Source: Phycisphaerales bacterium (lineage in GTDB: Bacteria; Planctomycetota; Phycisphaerae; Phycisphaerales; UBA1924). Taken from it: a stretch of DNA of 64,000 nucleotides. A program made the translations under genes and the position numbers. Under the pieces are notes generated by a model. That model saw nothing but the letters and a program-made list of their open reading frames with translations, was not told the origin of the DNA and ran no database searches. Below are positions 14,245-22,413 of this stretch, piece after piece; the first letter of the stretch is position 1, and each line of letters starts with the position of its first letter. Where the stretch lies: positions 15,185 through 79,184 of the forward strand of contig JBJXEW010000016.1 in assembly GCA_046156035.1 (NCBI GenBank), in the 5' to 3' direction.

Positions 14245-14540
14245 AACAAGGCACGGAAAGTACGCAGAGGGCGCGGAGAATGCAGAGGGACGCGGAGACA
14301 AAGGCAAAGGACTGAACGCAAGCGCTCACTTGCAACAGAGAGCGCACGGATCTGCCTCTGGGATTCTCCGCCGCCTGGGCGTACTTGGATCGGTTGAAAC
14401 ACGGAGAACACCGAGTCACACGGAGATCGCGCCTTCCTCCGTGGCCCTCCGCGGTCTCCGTGTTTCAATCCGGCCTTTGTCCGTTCTGCCTCTGCGTTCC
14501 TCCGCCCCCTCTGCTTCCTCTGCGTACGTGCCTTTGCCGC
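14245..14540. repeat. Family C composite palindromic element filling the whole convergent intergenic region
   Basis: Left arm ~14245-14320 is AACAAGGCACGGAAAGTACGCAGAGGGCGCGGAGAATGCAGAGGGACGCGGAGACAAAGGCAAAGG... The right arm ~14429-14538 is its imperfect reverse complement (...CCTCTGCGTACGTGCCTTTGCC). The words GCAGAGG, CGCGGAGA and CACGGAGA recur. Confidence 0.75.
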
Positions 14541-14542
14541 CC

Positions 14543-15511
14543 TCACACGCTGATGCGCCCCACCAGGAATGTCACCGCGTGCCCGCCGATGCGCACGCGC
14601 TGGCCCGCATCCTCGCACCACAACTCCCCGCCGCGCTTGGAGACTTGGTGGCCCCTGAGCACATCCTTCTTCAACCGGCGTGCCCAATAGGGCGTGAGCG
14701 TGCTGTGGGCCGAGCCCGTCACCGGGTCTTCATCCACACCCGCCTGCGGCGCAAAGAAGCGACTCACAAAGTCGTGCCCCGATCCGGGGGCCGTGACGAT
14801 CACACCCACACCTCCCAGCGCGGCCACCTTCTCCATGTCCGGCTTCAGGCCGTACACATCGCGCCGGTTCTCAAACACCGCCATGATCCGCCCGTGAGAC
14901 TTGTACGCCTCCGCGGGCTCCTGCCCCAGCGCGAAGCAGAGTTCATCGCTCACGGCGCAGGGTGTGCCCGCCCGCCGCGGAAAGTCCAGCACCAGCAAGT
15001 CGCCCGCCCGCTCCACCGGCAACGGGCCGCTGGCGGAGTCGAAGACGATGCGGTCGCCCTTCACGCCCTCGTGGCTCCACAGAACGTGTGCCGCGGCGAG
15101 CGTGGCGTGCCCGCACAGGTCCATCTCCACGGCGGGCGTGAACCAGCGCAGGCCGAAGCGCGGGTCGTTGCCCTTCTTGCCCTTGGGCAGCAGGAAGGCT
15201 GTCTCGGAGACGTTGTTCTCCGAGGCGATCTGCTGCATGAGTTCGGTGGCGAGCCACTTCTTCTCGAGCATCACCACCGCCGCGGGGTTGCCGTGGAATC
15301 GGCGTGAGGTGAAGGCATCAACCTGGTAGATGGGGAGCGTTACGGGCTTCGCGGCGGAGCCTGCCCCTGCGTTGGCCGCGGGTGAGCCGTTGGACCTGCT
15401 GGTGGTACGGGCAGCGGCACGGGGGGCGGCCGTGCGCTTTCTGCCCTTCGGCGAGCCGCGGGCTTTGGTGGGGGTGCGGGCCGCGGTTCGACGCTTCACT
15501 CTCTTGGCCAT
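14543..15511 (-). CDS. PhzF-family isomerase with ~55-aa Lys/Arg-rich N-terminal extension
   Basis: Core motifs are LPIYQVDAFTSRRFHGNPAAVV, NVSETAFL, MDLCGHATLAAAHVL and DPVTGSAHSTLTPYW. No in-frame ATG, GTG or TTG occurs between the basic tail (MAKRVKRRTAARTPTKARGSPKGRKRTAAPR...) and the core, so the tail must be translated. Alternative start at 15529. Confidence 0.8.
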   Translation of the reverse strand: MAKRVKRRTAARTPTKARGSPKGRKRTAAPRAAARTTSRSNGSPAANAGAGSAAKPVTLPIYQVDAFTSRRFHGNPAAVVMLEKKWLATELMQQIASENNVSETAFLLPKGKKGNDPRFGLRWFTPAVEMDLCGHATLAAAHVLWSHEGVKGDRIVFDSASGPLPVERAGDLLVLDFPRRAGTPCAVSDELCFALGQEPAEAYKSHGRIMAVFENRRDVYGLKPDMEKVAALGGVGVIVTAPGSGHDFVSRFFAPQAGVDEDPVTGSAHSTLTPYWARRLKKDVLRGHQVSKRGGELWCEDAGQRVRIGGHAVTFLVGRISV

Positions 15512-15567
15512 AGGGCTATCAGGATACACGCAAACCCAGGAGGGCAGGCGGCGGTACGCTGGGGGCT

Positions 15568-16029
15568 ATGGCAGCCACGCGAAAGACCGCGAAGAAGGGC
15601 ACGCCCGTGCCATCGAAGGCCGTGCCATCCCGGTTCGTGCCATCGAAGTCCGCCCGCCGCGGGCGGACGTCGATGTCTACACCCGCCAAGCCAAAGCATC
15701 GAAGTCGGCCGCAGGGCCGCCCGACTTCGATGGCACGGGCCAAGGCCACACGCGCGGCAGACGCGACGCTCCTCACGCACATCCCCAACGTCGGCCCGTC
15801 CATCGCGGCCGACCTCGCAGCGATCGGCATCCGCACGCCCGCCCAACTGGTGGGCAAAGACCCGACGACGCTCTACCACCAGAGCAACAAAGCCCGCGGC
15901 ATGGTGCAAGACCCCTGCCTGCTCGACTGCTTCATCAGCGCGGTGCGGTTCATGGAGGGCGGACCGCCCACGCCGTGGTGGAAGTTCACGGAGGAGCGGA
16001 AGAGGATGATGGGGCGCACGTACGGCTAA
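15568..16029 (+). CDS. helix-hairpin-helix domain protein (Cdd1/mitomycin-resistance-like)
   Basis: The C-terminal 95 aa LLTHIPNVGPSIAADLAAIGIRTPAQLVGKDPTTLYHQ...DPCLLDCFISAVRFMEGGPPTPWW fit the HhH family. The N-terminal 54 codons are encoded by repeats, so the true start may be ATG 15673 or 15730. Confidence 0.65.
   Translation: MAATRKTAKKGTPVPSKAVPSRFVPSKSARRGRTSMSTPAKPKHRSRPQGRPTSMARAKATRAADATLLTHIPNVGPSIAADLAAIGIRTPAQLVGKDPTTLYHQSNKARGMVQDPCLLDCFISAVRFMEGGPPTPWWKFTEERKRMMGRTYG
15607..15736. repeat. GTGCCATCGAAG-type repeats and two perfect hairpins inside the annotated 5' end of the HhH gene
   Basis: GTGCCATCGAAGG at 15607-19, GTGCCATCC at 15622-30, and GTGCCATCGAAGTC at 15637-50. A 9-bp stem GTCCGCCCG/CGGGCGGAC spans 15648-68. 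A 12-bp perfect stem CATCGAAGTCGG/CCGACTTCGATG spans 15697-15732, and its 3' arm contains the in-frame ATG 15730. Confidence 0.8.
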
Positions 16030-16053
16030 TGCAAGCACCCGGCCCGACCCGCA

Positions 16054-16581
16054 CTAGAACAGCTCAGGCCGGTCGCGCAAGTACGCCATCATTCGGGCAA
16101 ATGCCGGTTCCATGAGTGTGCAAACAGCATCGCTCTGGTCCGCGAGCCATTGGCCGAGGTGGCTTGCCATGAAGCCTTCGTACGGCAAACTTCGTGGCGT
16201 TCGCTCGCCATCCGCCTGCCACTCGCGCACGCGGACCACGATGCGATCAAGCGACTCGACGAGGCTCGCGCTCCCCAACACTCGGTGGCAATCGGCGGCA
16301 AGAGCAAACATCTCAACTCCATCATCATTCCAGATAGCGCAAGCCAATCCGTCGCCTTCGACGTGCGCACGAACGCAGCCTTCGACGAGGACAGCCCTGA
16401 ACCCAAAGGGCAGCTTCGCTACGTCCGCAGGCCGAAAAGCGGCACCACCGGCCAGATGCACGCCTTCATCCCAGATGGCGCCGGAAAGTTCGCCGTTGCT
16501 CCACTCGTGTCGCTGATCGGCGGGAATCTGGGAGTAGAGTATCGGGCCGGTGCACATGTTCACCCCGAGCGAGTTCTCCAT
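16054..16581 (-). CDS. hypothetical protein (175 aa)
   Basis: ORF 16054..16845 trimmed to ATG 16581 (MENSLGVNMCTGPILYSQIP...). Visibly less GC-rich than its neighbours. No family recognised. Confidence 0.55.
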   Translation of the reverse strand: MENSLGVNMCTGPILYSQIPADQRHEWSNGELSGAIWDEGVHLAGGAAFRPADVAKLPFGFRAVLVEGCVRAHVEGDGLACAIWNDDGVEMFALAADCHRVLGSASLVESLDRIVVRVREWQADGERTPRSLPYEGFMASHLGQWLADQSDAVCTLMEPAFARMMAYLRDRPELF

Positions 16582-16869
16582 CGGCCTCCCTGGAGAGGTT
16601 TGCCGTAGCAAACTCCGCCTGGGGGCCGCGGGATGCAGAGGCGAATGATATTCCGGCCGTTGGCATAGATTGCGTGCCACCACGTCCGTGGCGGCGTGGA
16701 GGCCGGTGGCACTGAGGTGCAACCCGGTGCCGCACGGTCGCGTTGGCTTCCCGTGCCACCGCAAGTCGGGGCCGTTTCGGGCCCGACTTCGGTGCCCTTC
16801 GCCTTCCGCCCGGCTGAGGGCGGACCATTTCGGCGAGCCTCGCACCGGCCGTGATCACAGCCCACCCCC

Positions 16870-17166
16870 ATGACCCCACCACATCCCCTTCGTCTACCAT
16901 CATCACGAGTTCCCGCGATGATGCCATCCTCCCACGATCTTTTGCCTACCACCCCCACGCCCACCCCCACGCCCGCGCTCTCCCCCGAAGAACTCGCCGC
17001 CTGGCGCGCCACGCCGGAATACCTCAGCGCCAGAGAGTTCGGCATTGACATGGAAGTGCTCGAATTCCTCCAGACTTTGTCGGCCGCGGAGCGCATAGAA
17101 CGCAATGACCGTTTCGCCGCGCTGGTCAGTGCGGCCCGCGCCTCTCAAGTCCGTTCACGATCATGA
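16870..17166 (+). CDS. small hypothetical protein, upstream partner of the nucleotidyltransferase gene
   Basis: 98-aa ORF whose stop overlaps the next start (ATGA at 17163-17166). The C-terminal half LSPEELAAWRATPEYLSAREFGIDMEVLEFLQTLSAAERIERNDRFAALV looks helical. Start uncertain (alternative ATG at 16918/16921). Confidence 0.4.
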   Translation: MTPPHPLRLPSSRVPAMMPSSHDLLPTTPTPTPTPALSPEELAAWRATPEYLSAREFGIDMEVLEFLQTLSAAERIERNDRFAALVSAARASQVRSRS

Positions 17167-17660
17167 CGACCACGCTTGACCTGTTGCAGCGGCTCCACGA
17201 CTCGGGCTTTCACATGGTCATCGTGGGGGGTGTCGCGGGTGCTGCGCACGGCTCATCCTTCACCACCACCGATCTGGATGTGAGCGCTCCCCTCGACCCT
17301 GACAACATCGCACGCCTGCTCGCGGCACTGGCGGGCCTCAACCCGCGCTGGCGCATGCATCCGGCCCTGCCTCCTCTTCCCGCGGACCCCGCCGGTTATG
17401 CCGGCTTCAAGAACCTCTACATCCGAACCACGCTGGGCGATCTTGACGTGCTCGGCGAGATTGCAGGCATCGGCGCCGCCGCGGCCGTCGAGGCAAACTC
17501 CGAATGGCGCGACTTCGCTGGCATCCGTTGCCGCGTCATCACGCTGGATGCGCTCATCCGTGCCAAACGCGCCCTGGGTCGTCCCAAGGACCTTGCCGTC
17601 GCCACGGAACTGGAAGCCATCCGCGGCCGACACCGAACCTCTCGCGGCGAAGGTTCCTGA
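17163..17660 (+). CDS. minimal nucleotidyltransferase-fold protein
   Basis: 165 aa. VIVGGVAGAAHGSSFTTTDLDV matches the hG[GS]-x9-13-DhD pattern of Pol-beta-superfamily nucleotidyltransferases. Confidence 0.6.
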   Translation: MTTTLDLLQRLHDSGFHMVIVGGVAGAAHGSSFTTTDLDVSAPLDPDNIARLLAALAGLNPRWRMHPALPPLPADPAGYAGFKNLYIRTTLGDLDVLGEIAGIGAAAAVEANSEWRDFAGIRCRVITLDALIRAKRALGRPKDLAVATELEAIRGRHRTSRGEGS

Positions 17661-17864
17661 GCCTGCGGTGGAGCACTCCGTTGAGGCTGTGCCATGTTCC
17701 CCTTGGCAATCTTGATCACGTCAGTGCCAGCCTGCCCCCCCCACCGGTCATCCTGCCTCCGTCCCGCCACCGACCGCGGCGGGCAGGCAGTGGCTACAAC
17801 CCGCGGCCCCTTCGCGGCCGAAAACACGGAGCGTCTCGTCGGGACCGCGTCTGGCTGTGAAAGA

Positions 17865-17884
17865 GCCCCGGCTCGCGCCGGGGC
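17865..17884 (-). terminator. candidate aspS terminator hairpin
   Basis: GCCCCGG-ctcgcg-CCGGGGC (7-bp GC stem). On the minus strand it is followed by TCTTTC, and it lies downstream of the family A arm. Confidence 0.35.
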
Positions 17885-17925
17885 CTCATTGGCCGTTGCG
17901 TGACCAGCCGCGCCCGGTGCCATCA

Positions 17926-17954
17926 CCAGTGCCCAGTGCCCGATGCCCAGTGCC
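17926..17954. repeat. Family A element, single arm, 4 nt after the aspS stop
   Basis: CCAGTGCCCAGTGCCCGATGCCCAGTGCC is the exact reverse complement of 3313-3341 and matches 29569-29597 at 28 of 29 positions. Confidence 0.85.
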
Positions 17955-17958
17955 TTCT

Positions 17959-19851
17959 TCAGGCCGTCCCCTGCCCCTTGTCCCCTGCCACCTTCTCCGG
18001 TTCCCACGTGCTCTTCACGTGCAGGTCCTTGAGTTGGGCATCGGTCGCCGCGCTGGGGGCGCGGGTCATGAGGTCGGCCCCGATCTGGGTTTTGGGGAAG
18101 GCGATCACATCGCGGATGTTGTCGGTGCCGCAGATGTGCATGATGAGGCGGTCAAAGCCGAAGGCGATGCCCGCGTGCGGGGGCGCGCCGAACGAGAGGG
18201 CCTCCAGTAGAAAGGAGAACTTCTCTTTCGCGCTCTCGGGCGAGAGGCCCAAGAGTTGGAAGACCTTGGACTGCACCGCGCGGTCGTGGATGCGCACGCT
18301 GCCGCCGGCGATCTCGCTGCCGTTGACGACGATGTCGTAGCCGGCGGAGAGGATGCTCTCGATCGCGTCGTCGTCGTTCACATCGGCGTTCACGAAGAGG
18401 TCGCGCTGGTCATCTCGCGGGGCCGTGAAGGGGTGGTGCATGGCGACCCACTTGCCCGTCTCCTTGTTCTTCTCGAACATGGGGAAGTCGATGACCCAGA
18501 GGAAGTTCCAGGGGCCCGTGCCTCCCGCCCCCGCCTTTGGCACGAGGCCCATGTCGCGGGCCACCTTCTGGCGCAGTTCGCCGATGGCCTTCGTCGCAAT
18601 CGAGTACGCATCGGCCACGAACAGCACCGTGTCGCCAACCTGCGCCCCCACCGCCGCGAGAAACTCCGCCTTCAGCGGCTCCAGGAACTTGGCGATGCCG
18701 GTGTCCAGTTTCGGCTGCCCATCCTCACCCTTGATGCACTTGACCACGGCCACGCCGCCCGCCCCGAAGGGCTTGGCGAGGTCGGAGTATCCATCCGTGA
18801 TCTTGCGTGTGAGTTTGTCCGCGCCGCCGGGCACGCGCAGGGCTTTCACTACGCCGCGCTTGGAGTTGAAGCGTGGACGGTCCTTGCCCTTCTCCAGGGC
18901 TTCCTTGAAAACCTTGAAGTCGGTCTTTGCGGCAAGTTCACTCAGGTCGGTGATGAACAGGTCGTAGCGCGTGTCGGGCCGGTCGATGCCGTACTTCTCC
19001 ATCGCGTCGCGGTACGTCATCCGCTGGATCGGCGGCACGTCGTAGTCGAGCATCGTCTTCCAGAAGTGGCGGACGAAGCCCTCCATCGTCTCCATCACGT
19101 GGTCGCGCCGGACGAAACTCATCTCCAGGTCGATCTGCGTGAACTCGGGCTGGCGGTCGGCCCGCGGGTCTTCATCGCGGAAGCAGCGGCAGATCTGCAT
19201 GTAGCGATCCGCCCCCGCCACCATGAGAATCTGCTTGAACAACTGCGGGCTCTGGGGAAGAGCGTAAAAACTGCCCGGCACGTTGCGGCAGGGCACCAGA
19301 AACTCGCGGGCGCCCTCGGGCGTGCTCTTGTAGAGCACGGGCGTCTCCACCTCCAGGAAGCCGCTCTTGCCGACAAAGTACTCGCGCGTGGCCTGCAGGC
19401 CCTTGCTGCGCGTGGCCAGGATCGCCTGCATCGTCGGCCGGCGAAGGTCAATGTACCGGTGCTTCAGCCGCAACTCCTCATTCGGCAGCGCGGCCAGATC
19501 GTCCGGCAAAAACGGCGGGTTCTCCGTCTTGTTGAACACCTCCAGGCGCGTCACCACCAGTTCCACCTTGCCGGTGGCGTGCTTGGGGTTCTCGCCGCCG
19601 ATGCGGACGCGCACCTTGCCCTCCACACCGATCACATCCTCGTTGCGGAGTTTGTCGGCCGCGTCGCAGAGCGCGGCGGGGCAGCCGTCGTCCTTGTCGA
19701 ACACCAGTTGGGTGATGCCCCAGCGATCGCGCAGATCGATGAAGATCAGGCCGCCGTGGTCGCGGTAGGAGTTGACCCAGCCGTTGAGAGCGACGGTCTG
19801 GGCGACGTGCGAGGAGCGGATTTCACCGCAGGTGTGGGTTCGCCTGAGCAT
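17959..19851 (-). CDS. aspS: aspartate--tRNA ligase
   Basis: ORF trimmed to ATG 19851: MLRRTHTCGEIR...GGLIFIDLRDRWGITQLVF (OB anticodon-binding domain), FRDEDPRADRQPEFTQIDLEMSF (class II motif 2), and GAPPHAGIAFGFDRLIM (motif 3). Confidence 0.95.
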   Translation of the reverse strand: MLRRTHTCGEIRSSHVAQTVALNGWVNSYRDHGGLIFIDLRDRWGITQLVFDKDDGCPAALCDAADKLRNEDVIGVEGKVRVRIGGENPKHATGKVELVVTRLEVFNKTENPPFLPDDLAALPNEELRLKHRYIDLRRPTMQAILATRSKGLQATREYFVGKSGFLEVETPVLYKSTPEGAREFLVPCRNVPGSFYALPQSPQLFKQILMVAGADRYMQICRCFRDEDPRADRQPEFTQIDLEMSFVRRDHVMETMEGFVRHFWKTMLDYDVPPIQRMTYRDAMEKYGIDRPDTRYDLFITDLSELAAKTDFKVFKEALEKGKDRPRFNSKRGVVKALRVPGGADKLTRKITDGYSDLAKPFGAGGVAVVKCIKGEDGQPKLDTGIAKFLEPLKAEFLAAVGAQVGDTVLFVADAYSIATKAIGELRQKVARDMGLVPKAGAGGTGPWNFLWVIDFPMFEKNKETGKWVAMHHPFTAPRDDQRDLFVNADVNDDDAIESILSAGYDIVVNGSEIAGGSVRIHDRAVQSKVFQLLGLSPESAKEKFSFLLEALSFGAPPHAGIAFGFDRLIMHICGTDNIRDVIAFPKTQIGADLMTRAPSAATDAQLKDLHVKSTWEPEKVAGDKGQGTA

Positions 19852-19907
19852 AGGGGCGGAGTGTAGGTGGCCGTGAGGAGCGGGCCGCTCCGCGATATCC
19901 TGCCCGC

Positions 19908-20423
19908 ATGGCCGCATCCAAGGACACCGTCAAGCCGTTCATTCGCCTCATGCTCAGCGGCGCGTTCGCCGGCAAGGGGTGGCAAGGCCCCACACTCTCG
20001 GGCAGCCTGCGAGGCCTGAGCGCCCGCGAGGCACTCGCCCGCCCGATCAAGGGGCGCAAGTGCATCTGGGAGCAGGTGCTGCACGCCACGTTCTGGAAGC
20101 ACGTCGTCCTGCGCGCCGTGACCGGCGTGGATCTGCCTTCACTGGGCCTGAGCCCCCCAAACTGGCCGCGCGTGCCGAAGGCGGAGAAGGTGCCAGCCGC
20201 GGAACTGGAACGCCTTTGGAAGGCTGACCGCGCCCGGCTGGCGCGCGTTCACGCCGAACTGGTCGCGGAAGTCGAGCGGCTGTCGAGCGCGGCGATGTGG
20301 AAGAGATCGACACCGGACCGCCGCTTCCATCGCGCGTTCTACCTCGCGGGCATGGCGGCCCACGACGCGTACCACACTGGTCAGATCAACCTGTTGAAGC
20401 GGGTGGTGCGGACGCGCGGGTGA
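19908..20423 (+). CDS. DinB-superfamily protein
   Basis: 171 aa. Four-helix DinB-like pattern with conserved His positions (EQVLHATFWKH ... AAHDAYHTGQINLL). Confidence 0.7.
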   Translation: MAASKDTVKPFIRLMLSGAFAGKGWQGPTLSGSLRGLSAREALARPIKGRKCIWEQVLHATFWKHVVLRAVTGVDLPSLGLSPPNWPRVPKAEKVPAAELERLWKADRARLARVHAELVAEVERLSSAAMWKRSTPDRRFHRAFYLAGMAAHDAYHTGQINLLKRVVRTRG

Positions 20424-20510
20424 TCGTGGCTGTCGCCAGCGGGGCACCGGGTGCATCCGCAGCGGCTGGGCCCGGTATCGATAGATGATTCGTCCGAGGA
20501 CGCGCCGGCT

Positions 20511-21446
20511 ATGCCTTCGCACGATGGAGCGATCTCACGCCGCCACTTCACCAGCCGGGCCGCCGGCGCGCTCGCCTTCCTTGCCGCGCACGACCTGCTC
20601 ATCGGCCGCTGCGCCCAGCCGCCTGCGGGTGTCGATCCGCAAGGCGTTGGGCGTGCCGGCACGGGGCCGCTCATTCGCTCGATCATGCTCCAGACCGCCG
20701 TGCCACTGGCCGAAATGCGGGCGTATTACTGCGACCGTTTCGGAATGCCCGAGGTTGAGAGCGGCCCTGCGCGGCTGGTTCTGCGGGCGGGCGCGTCGCT
20801 CGTTGAGTTCCACTCGCAGACGCGAAGCGACACCGACCCGCACGAACCAAGCCCGCTCCCGCTGGTTACCCACGAGCGTGGCCCCTTCTACCACTTCGCG
20901 TTCAACATCCCGCCGCGAAAACTACGGGCGGCCCGCGCGTGGTTGCTCGAGCGGACGGCCCTGGTGCCCACGCCGGCCCAGTTGCGCGATCCGGACTACC
21001 CGGATGACGTGCGCCACTTCCGATCGTGGAACGCGCACTCGCTCTTCTTCTTCGATCCGGCGTACAACATCGTGGAGTTCATCGCCCGCCACGACCTGCC
21101 GACTGACCCAGCGTGGACCGCCGGAGACACCTTCACGGCGGCGGACATTCTCTACGCCAGCGAGATCGGCTTTGTAGTGGAAGACCCGCCGCGGCACGGG
21201 CGGATGTTGCACGATTGCCTGGGCCTGAGGGCCTACCCACCCGGCGCGGACACGTGGTGGGCCATGGGCGACGAACGCGGCTTGCTGCTGTGCCTGCCCA
21301 AAGGGCGCGTCTTCGGCGAGAACACGGCCACGCGCAAGGCGTTCGCCGTCTTTGAGACCGAGGCGATGGTCGGGTTGGCGCAGAACGCGCACACCAAGCC
21401 TGTGGCGTTTGAGGGTCTGCCCTACAGCGTCAACATCCAGCCCTGA
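20511..21446 (+). CDS. VOC (glyoxalase/extradiol dioxygenase-like) family protein with Tat-like N-terminus
   Basis: ATG 20511 gives MPSHDGAISRRHFTSRAAGALAFLAA. Two beta-alpha-beta-beta-beta-like modules follow (LVEFHSQ..., FYHFAFNIP..., HSLFFFDPAYNIVEFI). Confidence 0.65.
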   Translation: MPSHDGAISRRHFTSRAAGALAFLAAHDLLIGRCAQPPAGVDPQGVGRAGTGPLIRSIMLQTAVPLAEMRAYYCDRFGMPEVESGPARLVLRAGASLVEFHSQTRSDTDPHEPSPLPLVTHERGPFYHFAFNIPPRKLRAARAWLLERTALVPTPAQLRDPDYPDDVRHFRSWNAHSLFFFDPAYNIVEFIARHDLPTDPAWTAGDTFTAADILYASEIGFVVEDPPRHGRMLHDCLGLRAYPPGADTWWAMGDERGLLLCLPKGRVFGENTATRKAFAVFETEAMVGLAQNAHTKPVAFEGLPYSVNIQP

Positions 21447-21461
21447 GCACCCGCCCGCGAA

Positions 21462-22154
21462 TCAGCGGCGGCGGCGCGCCGCCGCGAGCAGGCCCAGGCA
21501 GCCCAGGGCAGCCGCGCCGGGCGTCGGGATGGTCTCGAAGGTGGCGCCAGCCAGGAACGCCACACCATCGAAGAACGAGACAACCGGACCGCCGGTGAAG
21601 CGGAGTTCCGTCACGGTCTGGCCGACGAATGACGGACCGAGTTGGAGCACCTGGCGGTCGAGGCGATCGCGGCCGAAGAGCGTGGGGACAACCGTGTCGT
21701 CGGTGATGATGTTCTGATAGATGTTGTCGAAGTGGTCGCGGATGTTCAAGCCCTGAACGAGGTCGAACGACGCGGCCGCGCCGCCGGTGCCGAAGACCTC
21801 GACCTTGCCGTTGAACGCGCCGAGGGAGCCGAAGCCGGAGTTGATGAGCGTGTAGAGCCGCAGCGCGTCGGGAATGCTCACGGGGAACGAGTGCACTTCG
21901 GCATCGCCGACGCCGTTGGTTTGCACCGCCCCCAGCGAAAGCGGGTCGTCGAAACGCAGGCCCAAGGCGAAGGGCACGCCGCCGAAGTCGAGCGTCTGCC
22001 CGCCCACCGGATAATCCAGCCCGCCGGTGTACGTGCGAGCATCGGCATTGATCCGTGACGACAGATCGACGTGCACAAAGTCGGCCCGGGCCACGCCCGC
22101 GAGCGACACAACAACGGCAACCGCCGACGCGGCAACGAACGTGCGAGTATTCAT
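21462..22154 (-). CDS. secreted protein with PEP-CTERM-like C-terminal sorting tail
   Basis: Signal peptide MNTRTFVAASAVAVVVSLAGVARA. The C-terminus ...FETIPTPGAAALGCLGLLAAARRRR has a Pro-containing motif, a hydrophobic helix and an Arg cluster. Confidence 0.75.
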   Translation of the reverse strand: MNTRTFVAASAVAVVVSLAGVARADFVHVDLSSRINADARTYTGGLDYPVGGQTLDFGGVPFALGLRFDDPLSLGAVQTNGVGDAEVHSFPVSIPDALRLYTLINSGFGSLGAFNGKVEVFGTGGAAASFDLVQGLNIRDHFDNIYQNIITDDTVVPTLFGRDRLDRQVLQLGPSFVGQTVTELRFTGGPVVSFFDGVAFLAGATFETIPTPGAAALGCLGLLAAARRRR

Positions 22155-22413
22155 GGTTTCCTTCTCTTCCTCTACCTTCTTCCTTCAACCCACCCGCGGC
22201 GTGCGCAGCGCACCCGCCGACTCGTGACAAATATACCTCGCATTTCGGACGTTGCCACCCAAACGAAACGCGATTCTCCGGCGCGCTCAGCAACTCCGGC
22301 GCGTCGGCATGGAGTAGCGGCTCCTTCTGCCGCGCCCCCGCCCCGGCCCCGCAGGACATGCGCGCAGGCATGAACGCAGGCCCAGCCATGAGCACCCGAG
22401 CGCGATGCCGCCC

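Noticed and set aside
13396-14307. Upstream third of the 943-aa minus-strand ORF 11476..14307
   Set aside because: This part is antisense to the SDR gene, which has TGAGSGIGRA, NNAG and YxxxK. SBP-like sequence and a signal anchor begin only after the GTG at 13395, so the long ORF is a read-through artefact of the GC content.
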